Below are positions 9,342 to 20,591 of a DNA stretch of 64,000 nt, one piece after another (position 1 is the first letter of the stretch; every line of letters begins with the position of its first letter). The position numbers and the translations under genes are program-made. The notes beneath the pieces were generated by a model. That model was not told where the DNA came from. It saw only the letters and a program-made list of their open reading frames with translations, and did no database searches. Source of the DNA: Actinomycetes bacterium (GTDB taxonomy: Bacteria > Actinomycetota > Actinomycetes > JAHEKZ01); contig JAHELE010000002.1 of assembly GCA_024644345.1 (NCBI GenBank), forward strand, positions 15,585 through 79,584, written 5' to 3'.

Positions 9342-11567
9342 TCAGGCATCGGCCGGCGCGTCTGCCCCGACCTCGTCCTCGTCCTTGACGGCGGTCAGCG
9401 ACAGCTTGCCGCGGTCGTCGACCTCCTTGATCTCGACGCGTACCTTCTGGCCGACCGAGAGCACGTCGTCGACCGAGTCGATGCGGGGCTTGCCCACCAT
9501 CTTCTTGATCTCGGAGATGTGCAGCAGGCCGTCCTTGCCCGGAAGCAGTGAGATGAACGCGCCGAACGTCGTGGTCTTGACCACGGTGCCCAGATAGCGC
9601 TCGCCCACCTCGGGCATCGTCGGGTTGGCGATCGAGTTGACCATCGAGCGGGCCGCCTCTGCGGACGGGCCGTCGACGGCACCGATGTAGATCGTGCCGT
9701 CGTCGTCGATCGTGATGTCGGCGCCGGTCTCGTCCTGGATCGAGTTGATCATCTTGCCCTTCGGCCCGATGACCTCGCCGATCTTGTCGACCGGGATCCT
9801 GACGGTGATGACGCGTGGCGCGTTGGGCGCCATCTCGTCGGGACCGTCGATCGCCTCGGCCATGACCTCGAGCAACGTCAACCGCGCGGCACGAGCCTGG
9901 TTGAGGGCTGCCGCCAGAACCGAGGCAGGGATGCCGTCGAGCTTGGTGTCGAGCTGCAGGGCGGTGACGAACTCTTCGGTACCGGCAATCTTGAAGTCCA
10001 TGTCGCCGAAGGCGTCCTCTGCTCCAAGGATGTCGGTCAGCGCCACGTACTCGGTCTTGCCGTCGATCTCGCCGCTGACGAGCCCCATGGCGATACCGGA
10101 GACCGGAGCCTTCAGCGGGACACCGGCGTGCAGCAGCGACATCGTCGAGGCACACACCGACCCCATCGAGGTGGATCCGTTCGATCCGAGTGCCTCTGAC
10201 ACCTGCCGGATGGCGTACGGGAACTCGTCACGCGTCGGCAGAACGGGGACGAGGGCACGCTCGGCGAGCGCTCCGTGACCGATCTCGCGACGCTTGGGCG
10301 ATCCCACCCGGCCGGTCTCACCGGTCGAGTACGGCGGGAAGTTGTAGTTGTGCATGTAGCGCTTGCGGTTCATCGGGTTGAGAGTGTCGAGCTGCTGCTC
10401 CATGCGGAGCATGTTCAGCGTCGTGACACCCATGATCTGGGTCTCGCCACGCTCGAAGAGCGATGATCCGTGCGACAACGGGACGACACCGACCTCGGCC
10501 GACAGACGGCGGATGTCGGACGGACCGCGTCCGTCGATGCGGACCTGGTCGCGCAGGATGCGCTCGCGCACCAGCTTCTTGGTGAGCGCACGGAACGAGG
10601 CGCTGATCTCTTTCTCGCGTCCCTCGAACTGACCGGCCAGCTTGTCGGTGACGACGTCGGAGATGCGGGACGTCTCGGCCTCGCGCTCCTGCTTGCCGGC
10701 AATCGACAGGGCCGCGGCGAGCTCGCCGCCAGCGGTCTGCTCGACGGCGGCGAAGATGTCGTCCTGGTAGTCGAGGTAGAGCGGGAACTCGCGGGTGGGC
10801 TTTGCGGCCACCTCGGCGAGCTCGGCCTGCGCCTCACACAGAGCCCGGATGAACGGCTTGGCCGCCTCGAGACCCTGCGCCACGACCTCTTCGGTCGGTG
10901 CGGGTGCCCCTCCGGCGATCAGGTTGACCGTCTCTTCGGTTGCCTCAGCCTCGACCATCATGATCGCGACGTCCGGCTGACCCTCGTGCTCGACCACGCG
11001 TCCGGCGACGACCATGTCGAACACCGCGCGATCCAGCTCGGAGTGCGTCGGGAAGCCGACCCACTGCCCGTCGATCAGAGCGACGCGGACGCCGCCGATC
11101 GGGCCGCTGAACGGGATGCCGGAGAGCTGGGTCGACATCGATGCGGCGTTGATCGCCACGACGTCGTAAAGGTGCTCAGGGTCGAGCGACATGATCGTCT
11201 CGACGATCTGGATCTCGTTGCGCAGCCCCTTGGTGAACGACGGACGCAGCGGCCGGTCGATCAGGCGGCAGGTGAGGATGGCGTCCTCACTGGGACGTCC
11301 CTCGCGCCGGAAGAACGAGCCGGGGATCCGGCCGACGGAGTACATCCGCTCTTCGACGTCAACGGTCAGCGGGAAGAAGTCCAAGTTCTCTTTCGGGCGC
11401 TTGGACGCGGTGGTGGCCGACAGCACCATGGTGGTGTCGTCGAGGTAGGCGACGGCCGAGCCGGCTGCCTGACGGGCGAGACGCCCTGTTTCGAACTTGA
11501 TGATGCGGTGGCCGAACGAGCCGTTGTCAATGACGGCTTCGCTCGAGCGAACTTCCAGACCCTCCAC
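9342..11567 (-). CDS. pnp: Polyribonucleotide nucleotidyltransferase (PNPase)
   Basis: The tracked ORF extends to 11681. I prefer GTG 11567 ([19 protein letters not shown]...), which is preceded by GAGGAGGA. It has two RNase PH domains, a KH domain and an S1 domain (...[32 protein letters not shown]...). Confidence 0.95.
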   Translation of the reverse strand: MEGLEVRSSEAVIDNGSFGHRIIKFETGRLARQAAGSAVAYLDDTTMVLSATTASKRPKENLDFFPLTVDVEERMYSVGRIPGSFFRREGRPSEDAILTCRLIDRPLRPSFTKGLRNEIQIVETIMSLDPEHLYDVVAINAASMSTQLSGIPFSGPIGGVRVALIDGQWVGFPTHSELDRAVFDMVVAGRVVEHEGQPDVAIMMVEAEATEETVNLIAGGAPAPTEEVVAQGLEAAKPFIRALCEAQAELAEVAAKPTREFPLYLDYQDDIFAAVEQTAGGELAAALSIAGKQEREAETSRISDVVTDKLAGQFEGREKEISASFRALTKKLVRERILRDQVRIDGRGPSDIRRLSAEVGVVPLSHGSSLFERGETQIMGVTTLNMLRMEQQLDTLNPMNRKRYMHNYNFPPYSTGETGRVGSPKRREIGHGALAERALVPVLPTRDEFPYAIRQVSEALGSNGSTSMGSVCASTMSLLHAGVPLKAPVSGIAMGLVSGEIDGKTEYVALTDILGAEDAFGDMDFKIAGTEEFVTALQLDTKLDGIPASVLAAALNQARAARLTLLEVMAEAIDGPDEMAPNAPRVITVRIPVDKIGEVIGPKGKMINSIQDETGADITIDDDGTIYIGAVDGPSAEAARSMVNSIANPTMPEVGERYLGTVVKTTTFGAFISLLPGKDGLLHISEIKKMVGKPRIDSVDDVLSVGQKVRVEIKEVDDRGKLSLTAVKDEDEVGADAPADA

Positions 11568-11758
11568 GGGTCCTCCTCTTCGTTGAGCCCAGGGCGTCAT
11601 CCCGGCGGTGGCCGGCGAGGAGTGTGTCGGTCTTCGATCGAGGCTCCCGGGGACGTGATGCACACGCTCCCGGGACACCACTACCGAGGACCGACGAAGA
11701 ACGCCGGCTCAGGTAGGGGCACGGCGCCCTGGGCGGTGATCTTCAGTTGATCTTCAAT

Positions 11759-11782
11759 GGAAAAACAATGGGGAACGGCCCC
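11759..11782 (-). terminator. Possible weak intrinsic terminator/attenuator between rpsO and pnp
   Basis: The minus strand just after the rpsO stop reads GGGG-CCGTT-CCCC followed by ATTGTTTTTCC. A T5 run is rare in this genome, but the stem is only 4 bp. Confidence 0.35.
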
Positions 11783-11791
11783 GACTGCTGG

Positions 11792-12061
11792 CTATCGCCG
11801 CAGGCCGAGTCGTTCGATCAGCTGGCGGTACCGAGCGATGTCGGTGTCGGCCAGGTAGTTGAGCAGTCGGCGACGCTGACCCACGAGCAGCAGCAGTCCG
11901 CGGCGGCTGTGGTGGTCGTGCTTGTGCTCTTTGAGGTGCTCGGTCAGGTCGGAGATCCGACGCGAGAGCATTGCCACCTGCACCTCAGGGGAACCGGTGT
12001 CACCGGGGGCGGTGGCGTACTCGTCAATGATCTGCTTCTTGACAGCTGAATCAAGCGACAC
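11792..12061 (-). CDS. rpsO: 30S ribosomal protein S15
   Basis: 89 aa: [70 protein letters not shown]... Confidence 0.97.
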   Translation of the reverse strand: MSLDSAVKKQIIDEYATAPGDTGSPEVQVAMLSRRISDLTEHLKEHKHDHHSRRGLLLLVGQRRRLLNYLADTDIARYRQLIERLGLRR

Positions 12062-12263
12062 TGCAGTGGTCTCCTCGAGGTCGTTGCGCGGCGCGCCGGG
12101 GCAAGTCCACCCGGGCTCTTGGTAGGTCCGCGGCCGATCGAACGGCCTGGTCAGGTTATCAGCGAGAGGACCGATCCCCGAATCGGCGGGTGCGGGAACG
12201 CCGTCAGGTGGATGTGGCGTCGTCCGGCGGGAGTTGCCGGCGCCCTCTCACCAGGGACGGCTG

Positions 12264-12998
12264 CTACACCGTGCGCCACACAGAGACGTGGCTTTCGCTG
12301 TCCGCGGTGAAGGCGCTGCCATCCCAGTCCGCCAGTCGCTGCTCCAAGCGCATCCCGGCCAAAAGCGCCATCAAGTCGCACTCCGCGGGCCAGATGTACC
12401 GAAAGCTGCCGCTCTCGTGGCGGGCCCCCCCGCCAGCCTGCTGCCAGTAGTGGTGGGACGTGACCTCTTGAGTCACGACGTCATACGTGTCGAGAATCAG
12501 GTGGTCTTCCTCGACACTCATCGGGACTGCACTCTGCCCCAGTGGCAGTCGGCGCAGAGGAGGAACCCACAGCTCAAGGACAAATCGGCCACCTGGGGCG
12601 AGGTGTCGGGCAGCGTTGCGAAAGCACTCCACCTGTTCTGCCTGGGTACGCAGATTGGAGATGCTGTTCCACACGAGGTACACCAGCGAGAACTGCCCCG
12701 GGACCATGGTCGTGGCCATGTCACCGATGATCACCGGAATCGTGGCCTGGTCCACCCTGCGCCTCAATTGGGCGACCATGGCTGGAGAAAGCTCGACACC
12801 AGTCACCGGGATGCCTCGTTCGGCCAACGGGATCGCGACTCGGCCAGTACCGATGGCGAACTCCAGGGCGGCACCAGCACCTACCAGCCGCGCCAGGAAG
12901 TCAATCGTCGGCACCAAGACCTGGGGCGCGTACTTCTCCGCGGCGTCGCGGTCGTATCGACTCGCCGTCTCCTCGTCCCACACCTCGCTGCTCACCAC
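12264..12998 (-). CDS. Class I SAM-dependent methyltransferase (small-molecule type)
   Basis: 244 aa with motif I LEFAIGTGR. There is no DPPY/NPPY motif and no target-recognition domain. Confidence 0.8.
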   Translation of the reverse strand: MVSSEVWDEETASRYDRDAAEKYAPQVLVPTIDFLARLVGAGAALEFAIGTGRVAIPLAERGIPVTGVELSPAMVAQLRRRVDQATIPVIIGDMATTMVPGQFSLVYLVWNSISNLRTQAEQVECFRNAARHLAPGGRFVLELWVPPLRRLPLGQSAVPMSVEEDHLILDTYDVVTQEVTSHHYWQQAGGGARHESGSFRYIWPAECDLMALLAGMRLEQRLADWDGSAFTADSESHVSVWRTV

Positions 12999-13100
12999 GG
13001 TCGACCATCTTGGCCCGGGGGTCGCCCGCTGTCGAAGCCATTTCGCGGTCTGGATCGTGCACCGCAGGACTTGTCAGACCCCGATGGCAGGGTGCGGGGT

Positions 13101-14408
13101 ATGAACTCCTCAGCGCCAGCGATCGCCGACCAGGTCGATGATCTGATGTGCGGCCTCGCGCCGCTCGACGAGATCGACGGTGATGTGCTGCGTGGTCGAT
13201 TGGTCGACCTGCAGATGGCCCAGAACATGCTGGAGGCCGAGCAGTCTGCCGTGATGGTCGAGATGCGGCGCAGGGCCGAGGCTGACGACGACGCGCGTGA
13301 AGCCGCCCTCGCCGCCGACCCCGCGGTTCTGGTGCCCGACCACGCGTCCCGGCTCGTCGAGTTCGTCGGCGACGAGATCGCGGTGCTCCTCACATGCACC
13401 AGGATGCTGGCCGCACATCGCCTCACGACGGCGATCGAGGCGTCGTCCCTGCCGGCGGTGATGCATGCCTGGCGCAAGGGCAGCCTGGACGCACGTAAGG
13501 CCTCGGTGATCAGCAGCGGTCTCCATGAAGTCGACCCGACCTTCATCCACACCCTCGCCGCCGAAGCCACCCGCTATGCCCAGGCCCACACCACCACCCA
13601 GACCCGCGCGTGGCTCAGCCGCCGGGTGATAGCAGCTGACCCCGGAATGGCTGAGATCCGCCAGGCCCGCGCCAGCGAGGGCCGACGAGTGACCCTGACC
13701 CCGCTGGCCGATGGCATGGCCGAGCTCGCCGCGTTGCTCCCAGCCATCCAGGCTCGCCAGGTCTACGACAGTGTGAACGCGATTGCTCACGCAGCTGGCA
13801 CGTCCGACGTGCGCACCATGGATCAACGTCGGGCCGATGCGCTGATAGATCTCGTGACCGGCAGGGCAGAGCCTCCGCAGGTGAAGGTGCAGGTGGTCGT
13901 GTCTGCCGACGCCCTCGCGGGCACGTCCGATGCGCCCGGCTGGATCTCCGGTCTCGGCCCGATCACGGCCCGGACCGCCCGCACGATCGCAGGGGGGCCT
14001 GGCCCGACCACGTTCGACCACGTCCTCGCCGATCCCGAGACGGGAAGCCTGATTCCGTCTTCACCTCTGGCGGCTCGGCGCCAAGCCGTCGAGCCGCGGT
14101 ACCGCCCCTCGGCGACCCTCGATCAGGCTGTCCGGGCTCGCGACCTGACCTGCCGCTTCCCCGGCTGCCGTCGCAGCGCGGTCGGGACCGCCTCGGGTAC
14201 CGACCTCGATCACACGGTTCCCTGGCCGGTCGGCGCCACCGCCTGGAGCAACCTTGCCGTCCTCTGCCGACGGCACCACCGCCTCAAACACTCGTCGTCC
14301 TGGGGCGCAGAGCTCGCCCCCGACGGCACCATGACGTGGATCACCCCCACCGGTCGTCGATACACCACTGAGCCCTGGCACTACCTCGACCCGCCGGACA
14401 CCAGCTAG
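13101..14408 (+). CDS. DUF222-type HNH endonuclease (13E12-repeat-family-like)
   Basis: The tracked ORF 12234..14408 is a read-through artefact antisense to the methyltransferase. ATG 13101 (MNSSAPAIADQVDDL...) gives 435 aa. The C-terminal HNH region is CRFPGCRR...DLDHTVPW...NLAVLCRRHHRLKH. Confidence 0.85.
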   Translation: MNSSAPAIADQVDDLMCGLAPLDEIDGDVLRGRLVDLQMAQNMLEAEQSAVMVEMRRRAEADDDAREAALAADPAVLVPDHASRLVEFVGDEIAVLLTCTRMLAAHRLTTAIEASSLPAVMHAWRKGSLDARKASVISSGLHEVDPTFIHTLAAEATRYAQAHTTTQTRAWLSRRVIAADPGMAEIRQARASEGRRVTLTPLADGMAELAALLPAIQARQVYDSVNAIAHAAGTSDVRTMDQRRADALIDLVTGRAEPPQVKVQVVVSADALAGTSDAPGWISGLGPITARTARTIAGGPGPTTFDHVLADPETGSLIPSSPLAARRQAVEPRYRPSATLDQAVRARDLTCRFPGCRRSAVGTASGTDLDHTVPWPVGATAWSNLAVLCRRHHRLKHSSSWGAELAPDGTMTWITPTGRRYTTEPWHYLDPPDTS

Positions 14409-14422
14409 TCACCGTCCTCCGG

Positions 14423-15421
14423 TCAGGTGCCGTCGGTGATGGCGCGCGTGCGATCGACATCGAGCGCCATCTGTTCGAGGAGCGGATCGACGCCGTCGAA
14501 GGTCAGGGTGGGACGCAGTCGCTCGGCGAAGTCGAAGGCGACGTGCTCGTCGTAGAGATCGAGATCGGTGCGATCGAGCACGTAGGCCTCGATACGTCGA
14601 TCCTGCCCATCGAAGGTCGGGTTGGTGCCGATCGAGATAGCGGCTGGGAGGGCGACCTCAGCAGCATCCGTCGTGGTGCGAACCAGCCAACCGGCATAGA
14701 CGCCGTCAGCCGGAACGGCCGCATGGTCCACCGGCTCGAGGTTGGCCGTGGGGTAGCCGAGCTCGCGCCCGCGATGGTCCCCATGCACCACCCGCCCCTC
14801 CACCCGATGCGGCCGGTCCAACGCCCGGGCGGCCTCTGCCACGTCACCTTCCAGAACGCACTGCCTGACGAAGGTGGACGACCAGGCCACGTGGCCGGCA
14901 TCACCGTGGTCGACAACAGCCCCGGCCTGCAGTGACAGGGGCTCGACCACGAAGCCATGCGTCGCCCCCAGCGTGGTCAGCAGGCCGACATCTCCCGCGG
15001 CCCGGTGGCCGAACCGAAAACTCTCACCGACCACCACCCCGGCAGCATGCAGTCCGCCTACCAGGACGCGGTCGACGAACTCGACCGGCGTCCATGACGC
15101 CAGCTCGGGGGTGAACGTCAGGATCAGGACCGCATCGATCCCCGCCTCGTGCAACAAGTCGACGCGGTGATCCAGCGTCGACAGCATCCGAGGCTGGGCA
15201 TCCGGTCGGACGACCGCGCTCGGGTGCGGGTCGAAGGTGACGGCGACGACCCGGGCGGACACCTCAGCTGCCAGGTCCCTGGTGGCCTGCACGATCGCGC
15301 GATGTCCGCGGTGCACTCCGTCGAAGACACCGATGCACACCACTGACCGTCCCCAGTCGCCCGGAATGGCGTCAACGCCGTCGAACCTCTGCGCGTTCTG
15401 CACCCTCTGCACCCTCTGCAC
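14423..15421 (-). CDS. ribF: Bifunctional riboflavin kinase / FMN adenylyltransferase
   Basis: ...IGVFDGVHRGHRAIV... and ...GYPTANL.... There are three in-frame GTG start candidates (15421, 15412, 15403) inside a 9-bp tandem repeat. Confidence 0.92.
   Translation of the reverse strand: MQRVQRVQNAQRFDGVDAIPGDWGRSVVCIGVFDGVHRGHRAIVQATRDLAAEVSARVVAVTFDPHPSAVVRPDAQPRMLSTLDHRVDLLHEAGIDAVLILTFTPELASWTPVEFVDRVLVGGLHAAGVVVGESFRFGHRAAGDVGLLTTLGATHGFVVEPLSLQAGAVVDHGDAGHVAWSSTFVRQCVLEGDVAEAARALDRPHRVEGRVVHGDHRGRELGYPTANLEPVDHAAVPADGVYAGWLVRTTTDAAEVALPAAISIGTNPTFDGQDRRIEAYVLDRTDLDLYDEHVAFDFAERLRPTLTFDGVDPLLEQMALDVDRTRAITDGT
15395..15421 (-). repeat. 9-bp tandem repeat (GTGCAGAGG x2 plus GTGCAGAAC) at the ribF 5' end
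   Basis: The plus strand reads gttctgcac|cctctgcac|cctctgcac. It encodes (M/V)QRVQRVQN. Confidence 0.8.
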
Positions 15422-15465
15422 AGGGTCACCCTGCCAGAGGGGGCACCAGCGAACCGATCACGGTC

Positions 15466-16362
15466 TCATCCGGGCGTGAAGCCGGTCACGACCCTCAAGG
15501 TGTCACCACGTGGCTCCATCAGTGCCAGAACCTCTCCGTCAGCGCCGAAGACACCGGTCAGCCCGGTCTCACCGGTCAGGGGCAGGGCCCGCCCGTGCCG
15601 GACGCCGAGCTCGTCCGCCCCCTCCACGGTTCGGGACGGAAACGAGGCGCGCACAGCATCGGTGAGCGAGAGCAGCGTGATCTCTGCCTCGAGCTGTTCG
15701 AGGGTACGGGCCTGAGACAGATCGATACCGCCTACCCGGGTTCGGCGGAGGGCGGTCAGGTGTCCGCCCACACCAAGTACGGTGCCGAGGTCGCGCGCGA
15801 GAGCGCGGATGTAGGTACCACTGCTGCAGGTCACCGTCACCTTGACGTCGAGCAGATCGTCCGCGGGCCGCATGAGTTCATGGACGTCAAGAGCGGACAC
15901 CGTCACCCGGCGGGCCGGCAGGTCGACTTCCTCGCCGGCCCGCACCCTCGCGTACGACCGAACGCCGTCGACCTTGACCGCACTGACCGCCGACGGAACC
16001 TGGTCGATCTCCCCCACGAACCTCCGCACCGCCTGCATCACCTGGTCATCGGAGAGGTCGGCACACGTGCCACCTCCGATGACCTCACCCTCGGCATCAT
16101 CGGTGACGGTGCTCTGACCGAGCCGGATGGTCGCGTGGTACTCCTTGTCGTGCGCCGCCAGATGACCCAACAGCCTCGTGGCTCGACCGACCCCGAGCAC
16201 CAAGACACCGGTGGCCATCGGATCGAGGGTCCCCGCGTGCCCCACCTTGCGGGTACCTGCGAGCCTGCGCAGTCGCGCCACGACGTCGTGCGACGTCCAC
16301 CCGCTGGGCTTGTCGACGACCACGAGGCCGTCGATGCTGTGACTGTCGGTCGCGTCAGTCAT
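15466..16362 (-). CDS. truB: tRNA pseudouridine(55) synthase
   Basis: ATG 16362 ([26 protein letters not shown]...) and the GHAGTLDP motif. The tracked ORF 15466..17178 over-extends into nrnA. Confidence 0.93.
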   Translation of the reverse strand: MTDATDSHSIDGLVVVDKPSGWTSHDVVARLRRLAGTRKVGHAGTLDPMATGVLVLGVGRATRLLGHLAAHDKEYHATIRLGQSTVTDDAEGEVIGGGTCADLSDDQVMQAVRRFVGEIDQVPSAVSAVKVDGVRSYARVRAGEEVDLPARRVTVSALDVHELMRPADDLLDVKVTVTCSSGTYIRALARDLGTVLGVGGHLTALRRTRVGGIDLSQARTLEQLEAEITLLSLTDAVRASFPSRTVEGADELGVRHGRALPLTGETGLTGVFGADGEVLALMEPRGDTLRVVTGFTPG

Positions 16363-17374
16363 CGACTGCTGTGTCGAGCGCGTGACGAACCGCCGAGACG
16401 ACCTCGGCGACCTCACGTGAGGCAGAGGTGAAGCCAGCTGCATACCGGTGGCCGCCACCGCCAAGAGCGGTCGCCACCGCACCGACGTCAGCCACACCTT
16501 TCGAGCGCAAGGACACCCGTAGATCCCCGAGATCGTCCTCCTTGACCACCATGGCGACCTCGGCCTCAGATGCTTTGCGCACCACGTCAATGATCGGCTC
16601 GACGAGATCGAAGGGCAGATCGTCTGGGGCTCGGTCGGCCGCCATGACAGCCGTCCAGACCAACCCATAGCCGGCCGCAGCCTCCGGCTCGAGCTGACAG
16701 CGGCCCAGCGCAGTGCCGAGAACGCCCAGGTAGCCGAACGGCACCGCATCGAAGACCGCTCGAGCGATCTCGTCGAACGCGATGCCGGTCTCCAGCAGCT
16801 CAGCGGCCAGGGCGTGGGTCTGCGGCGTCGTTCCGGCATAGCGGAATGACCCCGTGTCGGTGATGAGACCGGTGTAGAGGCAAGCCGCCGCGTCGGCGTC
16901 GACGTCGATCCCGAGTCGGCTGATGAGCTCGCGGGCGACCACCGCCGTCGCAGGAGCAGTGGTGTCCACCAGAGATACCTGACCGAACCCGTCGTAGCTG
17001 CGGTGGTGGTCGACCGCGACCAGCAGCGGCGCTTTCTCGGCCAACGGACGCAGCAGCCCGAGTCGGTCGCTGCTGCTGGCGTCGAAGGTGACCACGACGT
17101 CGGGATTGGGCGAGACCTCGGTGGCCGGAACCAGCAGCTGCTCGCCCGGCATCCAGGACAGGTTGGCAGGGACCACAAAGGGGTCGTCCCCGAACGACAC
17201 CTCGATTCGAGGTACCTGGCCGTCGCCCCGCTGCGCGGCCAGCGCCAGGCCGACGCCCATCGCCGAACCCAACGCGTCCCCGTCCGGGCTCACGTGCCCG
17301 AGGAGCAGGATGGAGTGAGCGGACTGGATGGCGTCGACCGCTTGATCCCAGTCAGAGGAGGCAATCGGGCTCAC
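16355..17374 (-). CDS. nrnA: DHH-family phosphoesterase (NrnA-like oligoribonuclease / pAp phosphatase)
   Basis: [20 protein letters not shown] (DHH) and a C-terminal GGGGH (DHHA1). Confidence 0.85.
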   Translation of the reverse strand: MSPIASSDWDQAVDAIQSAHSILLLGHVSPDGDALGSAMGVGLALAAQRGDGQVPRIEVSFGDDPFVVPANLSWMPGEQLLVPATEVSPNPDVVVTFDASSSDRLGLLRPLAEKAPLLVAVDHHRSYDGFGQVSLVDTTAPATAVVARELISRLGIDVDADAAACLYTGLITDTGSFRYAGTTPQTHALAAELLETGIAFDEIARAVFDAVPFGYLGVLGTALGRCQLEPEAAAGYGLVWTAVMAADRAPDDLPFDLVEPIIDVVRKASEAEVAMVVKEDDLGDLRVSLRSKGVADVGAVATALGGGGHRYAAGFTSASREVAEVVSAVRHALDTAVDD

Positions 17375-17832
17375 GCCGAGGCGCCGCCCGTCTCATCGAG
17401 ACCGTCGTCGTCGCCCTCGTGGCGATAGGGGTCGGCGTCGCCGGCGTACCTGGCCGCCGCCGCCTGCTCGTGGACGCGTTCGTCAGCGGCCTGAGCCTTC
17501 CGCAGAAGGTCATCAAGGTGGCGCGCGGTCTCCGGGATGGCATCGGCCACGAACGCGAGCGACGGCGTGTGCCGGACGCCGGTCTGCCGGCCCACCTCGG
17601 TGCGCAGCATGCCCCTGGCGCTCTCAAGGGCCTCGGCTGTGTCGGTCTGCTCGGTGTCGTCGCCCAGGACCGTGTAGAAGACCGTGGCCTCGCGCAGGTC
17701 ACCGGTCACCCGAACATCGGTGATGGTGATGAAGCCCATTCGAGGGTCCTTGACGCGCCGCTCGATCGTCTCGGCCACAATCACCTGGATGCGCTCGGCC
17801 AGCCGCCGTGCTCTGGCATCAGTCTCGGTCAT
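17371..17832 (-). CDS. rbfA: Ribosome-binding factor A
   Basis: ATG 17832 after GAGGAG ([46 protein letters not shown]...). It has an acidic C-terminal tail. Confidence 0.9.
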   Translation of the reverse strand: MTETDARARRLAERIQVIVAETIERRVKDPRMGFITITDVRVTGDLREATVFYTVLGDDTEQTDTAEALESARGMLRTEVGRQTGVRHTPSLAFVADAIPETARHLDDLLRKAQAADERVHEQAAAARYAGDADPYRHEGDDDGLDETGGASA

Positions 17833-17903
17833 GATCACTCCTCGGACGCACCGCGGGGCGGGGATGTCGCTCAACCCCCACCCCGGCGGTGCCTGTCTGG
17901 TCG

Positions 17904-20591
17904 TCAGCTACGTGGGATCTCGCGCATCTCGTACGTCTCGATGACGTCGTCGACCTTGACGTCGTTGAAGTTGCCCAGGTTGATACCGCACTCGAAGCCC
18001 TCGCGGACCTCGGTCACGTCATCCTTGAAGCGACGGAGACCGGTGATCTCGACGCTCTCGGCCACCACCGCACCGTCGCGAATCACCCGCGCCTTGGTGC
18101 CCCGCTTGATCTCACCGGTACGGATGAGCGAGCCGGCGATGGTGCCGAACTTGCTCGAGCGGAAGACCTCACGCACCTCGGCCGTGCCCAGCTCAACCTC
18201 TTCGAACTCTGGCTTGAGCATGCCCTTCAGCGCGTTCTCGATGTCATCGATCGCCTGGTAGATCACCGAGTAGTACCGGATGTCGACGCCTTCACGCTCG
18301 CTCAGCTCGCGTGCCCGCCCTTCCGGTCGAACGTTGAAGCCGATGATGATTGCCTCGGACGCCGAGGCCAGCGTCACGTCGTGCTCAGTGATCGAGCCGA
18401 CACCGCGGTGGATGATCCTCAGGTCGACGTCCTCGCCCACCTCCACCTTGAGGAGCGCATCTTCGAGCGCCTCGACCGATCCCGAGACATCGCCCTTCAG
18501 AATGAGGTTGAGGGTCTCGATCGCACCCTGCTCGAGGATCTTCTGCAGGTCTTCGAGGCTGACCTTCTTGCGGGTCTTGGCCAGCTGCGCATTGCGCTCG
18601 GCGGCCTGACGCTTCTCGGCAATCTGCCGAGCAGTGCGGTCGTCGGAGGCCACCAGGAACTTGTCGCCGGCGCGTGGAACAGACGTGAGTCCGAGCACCT
18701 GCACGGGACGGGAGGGGCCAGCCTCCTCGATGTGCTCGCCGTGCTCGTCGACCATGGCGCGGACGCGCCCGAATGCCTCGCCGGCCACGATCGCGTCTCC
18801 GACCCGGAGCGTCCCGCGCTGCACGAGCACGGTGCCGACCGGTCCTCGACCGCGGTCGAGGTGCGCCTCGATCGAAATTCCGCGCGCCTCGGTGTCTGGG
18901 TTGGCCCGCAGATCGAGAGCGGCGTCTGCCGTGAGCAGCACAGCCTCGAGGAGCTTGTCGATGTTCAGCCGGCTCTTCGCGGAGACGTCGACGAACATGG
19001 TCTCGCCGCCGTACTCCTCGGCCACCAGACCGAACTCGGTGAGCTGCTGACGAACCTTGGCCGGGTTGGCGCCTTCCTTGTCGACCTTGTTCACGGCCAC
19101 CACGATCGGCACCTCGGCGGCAACCGCGTGGTTGAGTGCCTCGATGGTCTGCGGCATCACACCGTCGTCAGCTGCGACGACGAGGACGGCGATGTCAGTG
19201 ACCTTGGCCCCGCGCGCACGCATGGCGGTGAACGCCTCGTGACCGGGGGTGTCGATGAAGGTGATGGCGCGATCGCGACCGTCGTGCGGCACGTGCACCT
19301 GGTAGGCGCCGATGTGCTGAGTGATGCCACCAGCCTCGTCGGCGACGACATCGGTGGACCTGACCGCGTCGAGCAGCTTGGTCTTTCCGTGGTCGACGTG
19401 ACCCATCACCGTGACGACCGGTGGTCGCGCCTGCAGCGAGTCCTCGTCCTGGCCGGCAACCTCGGCATCGAGATCGATGTCGAACGACTCGAGCAGCTCG
19501 CGGTCCTCGTCCTCGGGGCTGACGATCTGGACGTCGTACCCGAGCTCGGCCGCGAGCAAGGCGAACGTGTCCTCGTCGAGCGACTGCGTGGCCGTTGCCA
19601 TCTCGCCCAGTGTGAAGAGCACCTGCACCAGCGATGCCGGGTTGGCGTCGATCCGCTCGGCGAAGTCGGTGAGCGAGGCACCGCGCGGAAGCCGGACCGT
19701 CTCGCCTTGGCCGCGAGGAACCTGGACGCCGCCAATGGTCGGAGCCTGGAGGTTGTCGAGCTCTTGACGCCGCTGCTTGCGCGACTTGCGACCCCGCTGC
19801 TTGCTGCCGCCACGACCGAAGGCCCCCGCGGTCTGCCCACGACCCGCCGGCCGACCTCCGCCACCGGGACGACCGCCGTAGCCTCCGCCACCGGGACGAC
19901 CGCCTGCAGGGGCGCCACCAGGAGCACCGCCAGGGCGACCGGCACCACCGGGTGCGCCGGGACGGCCGGCGCCAGCGGGAGCGCCGGGACGACCGCCTGG
20001 GCCACCTCGTCCGGGAGCGCCAGGGCGCCCGGCCGGGGCGGGACGTCCTGGCATCATGCCGGGGTTGGGGCGGGAACCGGTGGTGCCGGGACGTGGCGCG
20101 GCCGGTCGAGGAATGCCGGCGTCCCGGCTGGTGTACGGGTTGTTGCCGGGACGCGGCGCGGCCGGTTTGACCGTACCGGCGTCCTTGCTCATGAAGGGGT
20201 TGTTCCCTGGTCGCGGACCGGCCGGGCGCGCTGGCACCTCAGCGTCGGTCACCGTCGGTTCCGCCGTCACCGCTGGCGGTGCCTCAACCACAGCTGGGGG
20301 CGGTGCCTGGACCACCGGAGGCGTCTCAGCGACGGGGGCCGAAACCTCCGCCGGGGACGGGGTCTTGGTGGCCGTCTTCTTCGCGGCGGCCTTCTTGGTG
20401 GTCTTCTTCGCCGGAGCGGCATCTGCCGCCGGCTGCGCGGGGAAGACCTCTTTCAGCTTGCGAACGACTGGGGCCTCAACCGTCGACGACGCCGACCTGA
20501 CGAACTCACCCATGTCTTGGAGCTTGGCCAGAACGACCTTGCTCTCTACTCCGAGCTCCTTGGCGAGCTCGTACACCCGGACCTTAGCCAC
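17904..20591 (-). CDS. infB: Translation initiation factor IF-2
   Basis: 895 aa, [18 protein letters not shown]..., G-domain GHVDHGKT. It has a Pro/Gly/Ala-rich N-terminal region. Confidence 0.97.
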   Translation of the reverse strand: MAKVRVYELAKELGVESKVVLAKLQDMGEFVRSASSTVEAPVVRKLKEVFPAQPAADAAPAKKTTKKAAAKKTATKTPSPAEVSAPVAETPPVVQAPPPAVVEAPPAVTAEPTVTDAEVPARPAGPRPGNNPFMSKDAGTVKPAAPRPGNNPYTSRDAGIPRPAAPRPGTTGSRPNPGMMPGRPAPAGRPGAPGRGGPGGRPGAPAGAGRPGAPGGAGRPGGAPGGAPAGGRPGGGGYGGRPGGGGRPAGRGQTAGAFGRGGSKQRGRKSRKQRRQELDNLQAPTIGGVQVPRGQGETVRLPRGASLTDFAERIDANPASLVQVLFTLGEMATATQSLDEDTFALLAAELGYDVQIVSPEDEDRELLESFDIDLDAEVAGQDEDSLQARPPVVTVMGHVDHGKTKLLDAVRSTDVVADEAGGITQHIGAYQVHVPHDGRDRAITFIDTPGHEAFTAMRARGAKVTDIAVLVVAADDGVMPQTIEALNHAVAAEVPIVVAVNKVDKEGANPAKVRQQLTEFGLVAEEYGGETMFVDVSAKSRLNIDKLLEAVLLTADAALDLRANPDTEARGISIEAHLDRGRGPVGTVLVQRGTLRVGDAIVAGEAFGRVRAMVDEHGEHIEEAGPSRPVQVLGLTSVPRAGDKFLVASDDRTARQIAEKRQAAERNAQLAKTRKKVSLEDLQKILEQGAIETLNLILKGDVSGSVEALEDALLKVEVGEDVDLRIIHRGVGSITEHDVTLASASEAIIIGFNVRPEGRARELSEREGVDIRYYSVIYQAIDDIENALKGMLKPEFEEVELGTAEVREVFRSSKFGTIAGSLIRTGEIKRGTKARVIRDGAVVAESVEITGLRRFKDDVTEVREGFECGINLGNFNDVKVDDVIETYEMREIPRS

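Noticed and set aside
12234-13100. N-terminal 289 aa of tracked ORF 12234..14408, which would give a 724-aa HNH protein
   Set aside because: This part is antisense to the well-formed SAM-methyltransferase gene and is Arg/Pro/His-rich. The recognisable DUF222-HNH protein begins at ATG 13101.
12264-14408. Methyltransferase plus HNH endonuclease as a restriction-modification or defence module
   Set aside because: The methyltransferase lacks DPPY/NPPY-type catalytic motifs and any target-recognition domain, so it looks like a small-molecule class I enzyme. The genes are divergent rather than co-transcribed. DUF222-HNH proteins are common stand-alone genes.
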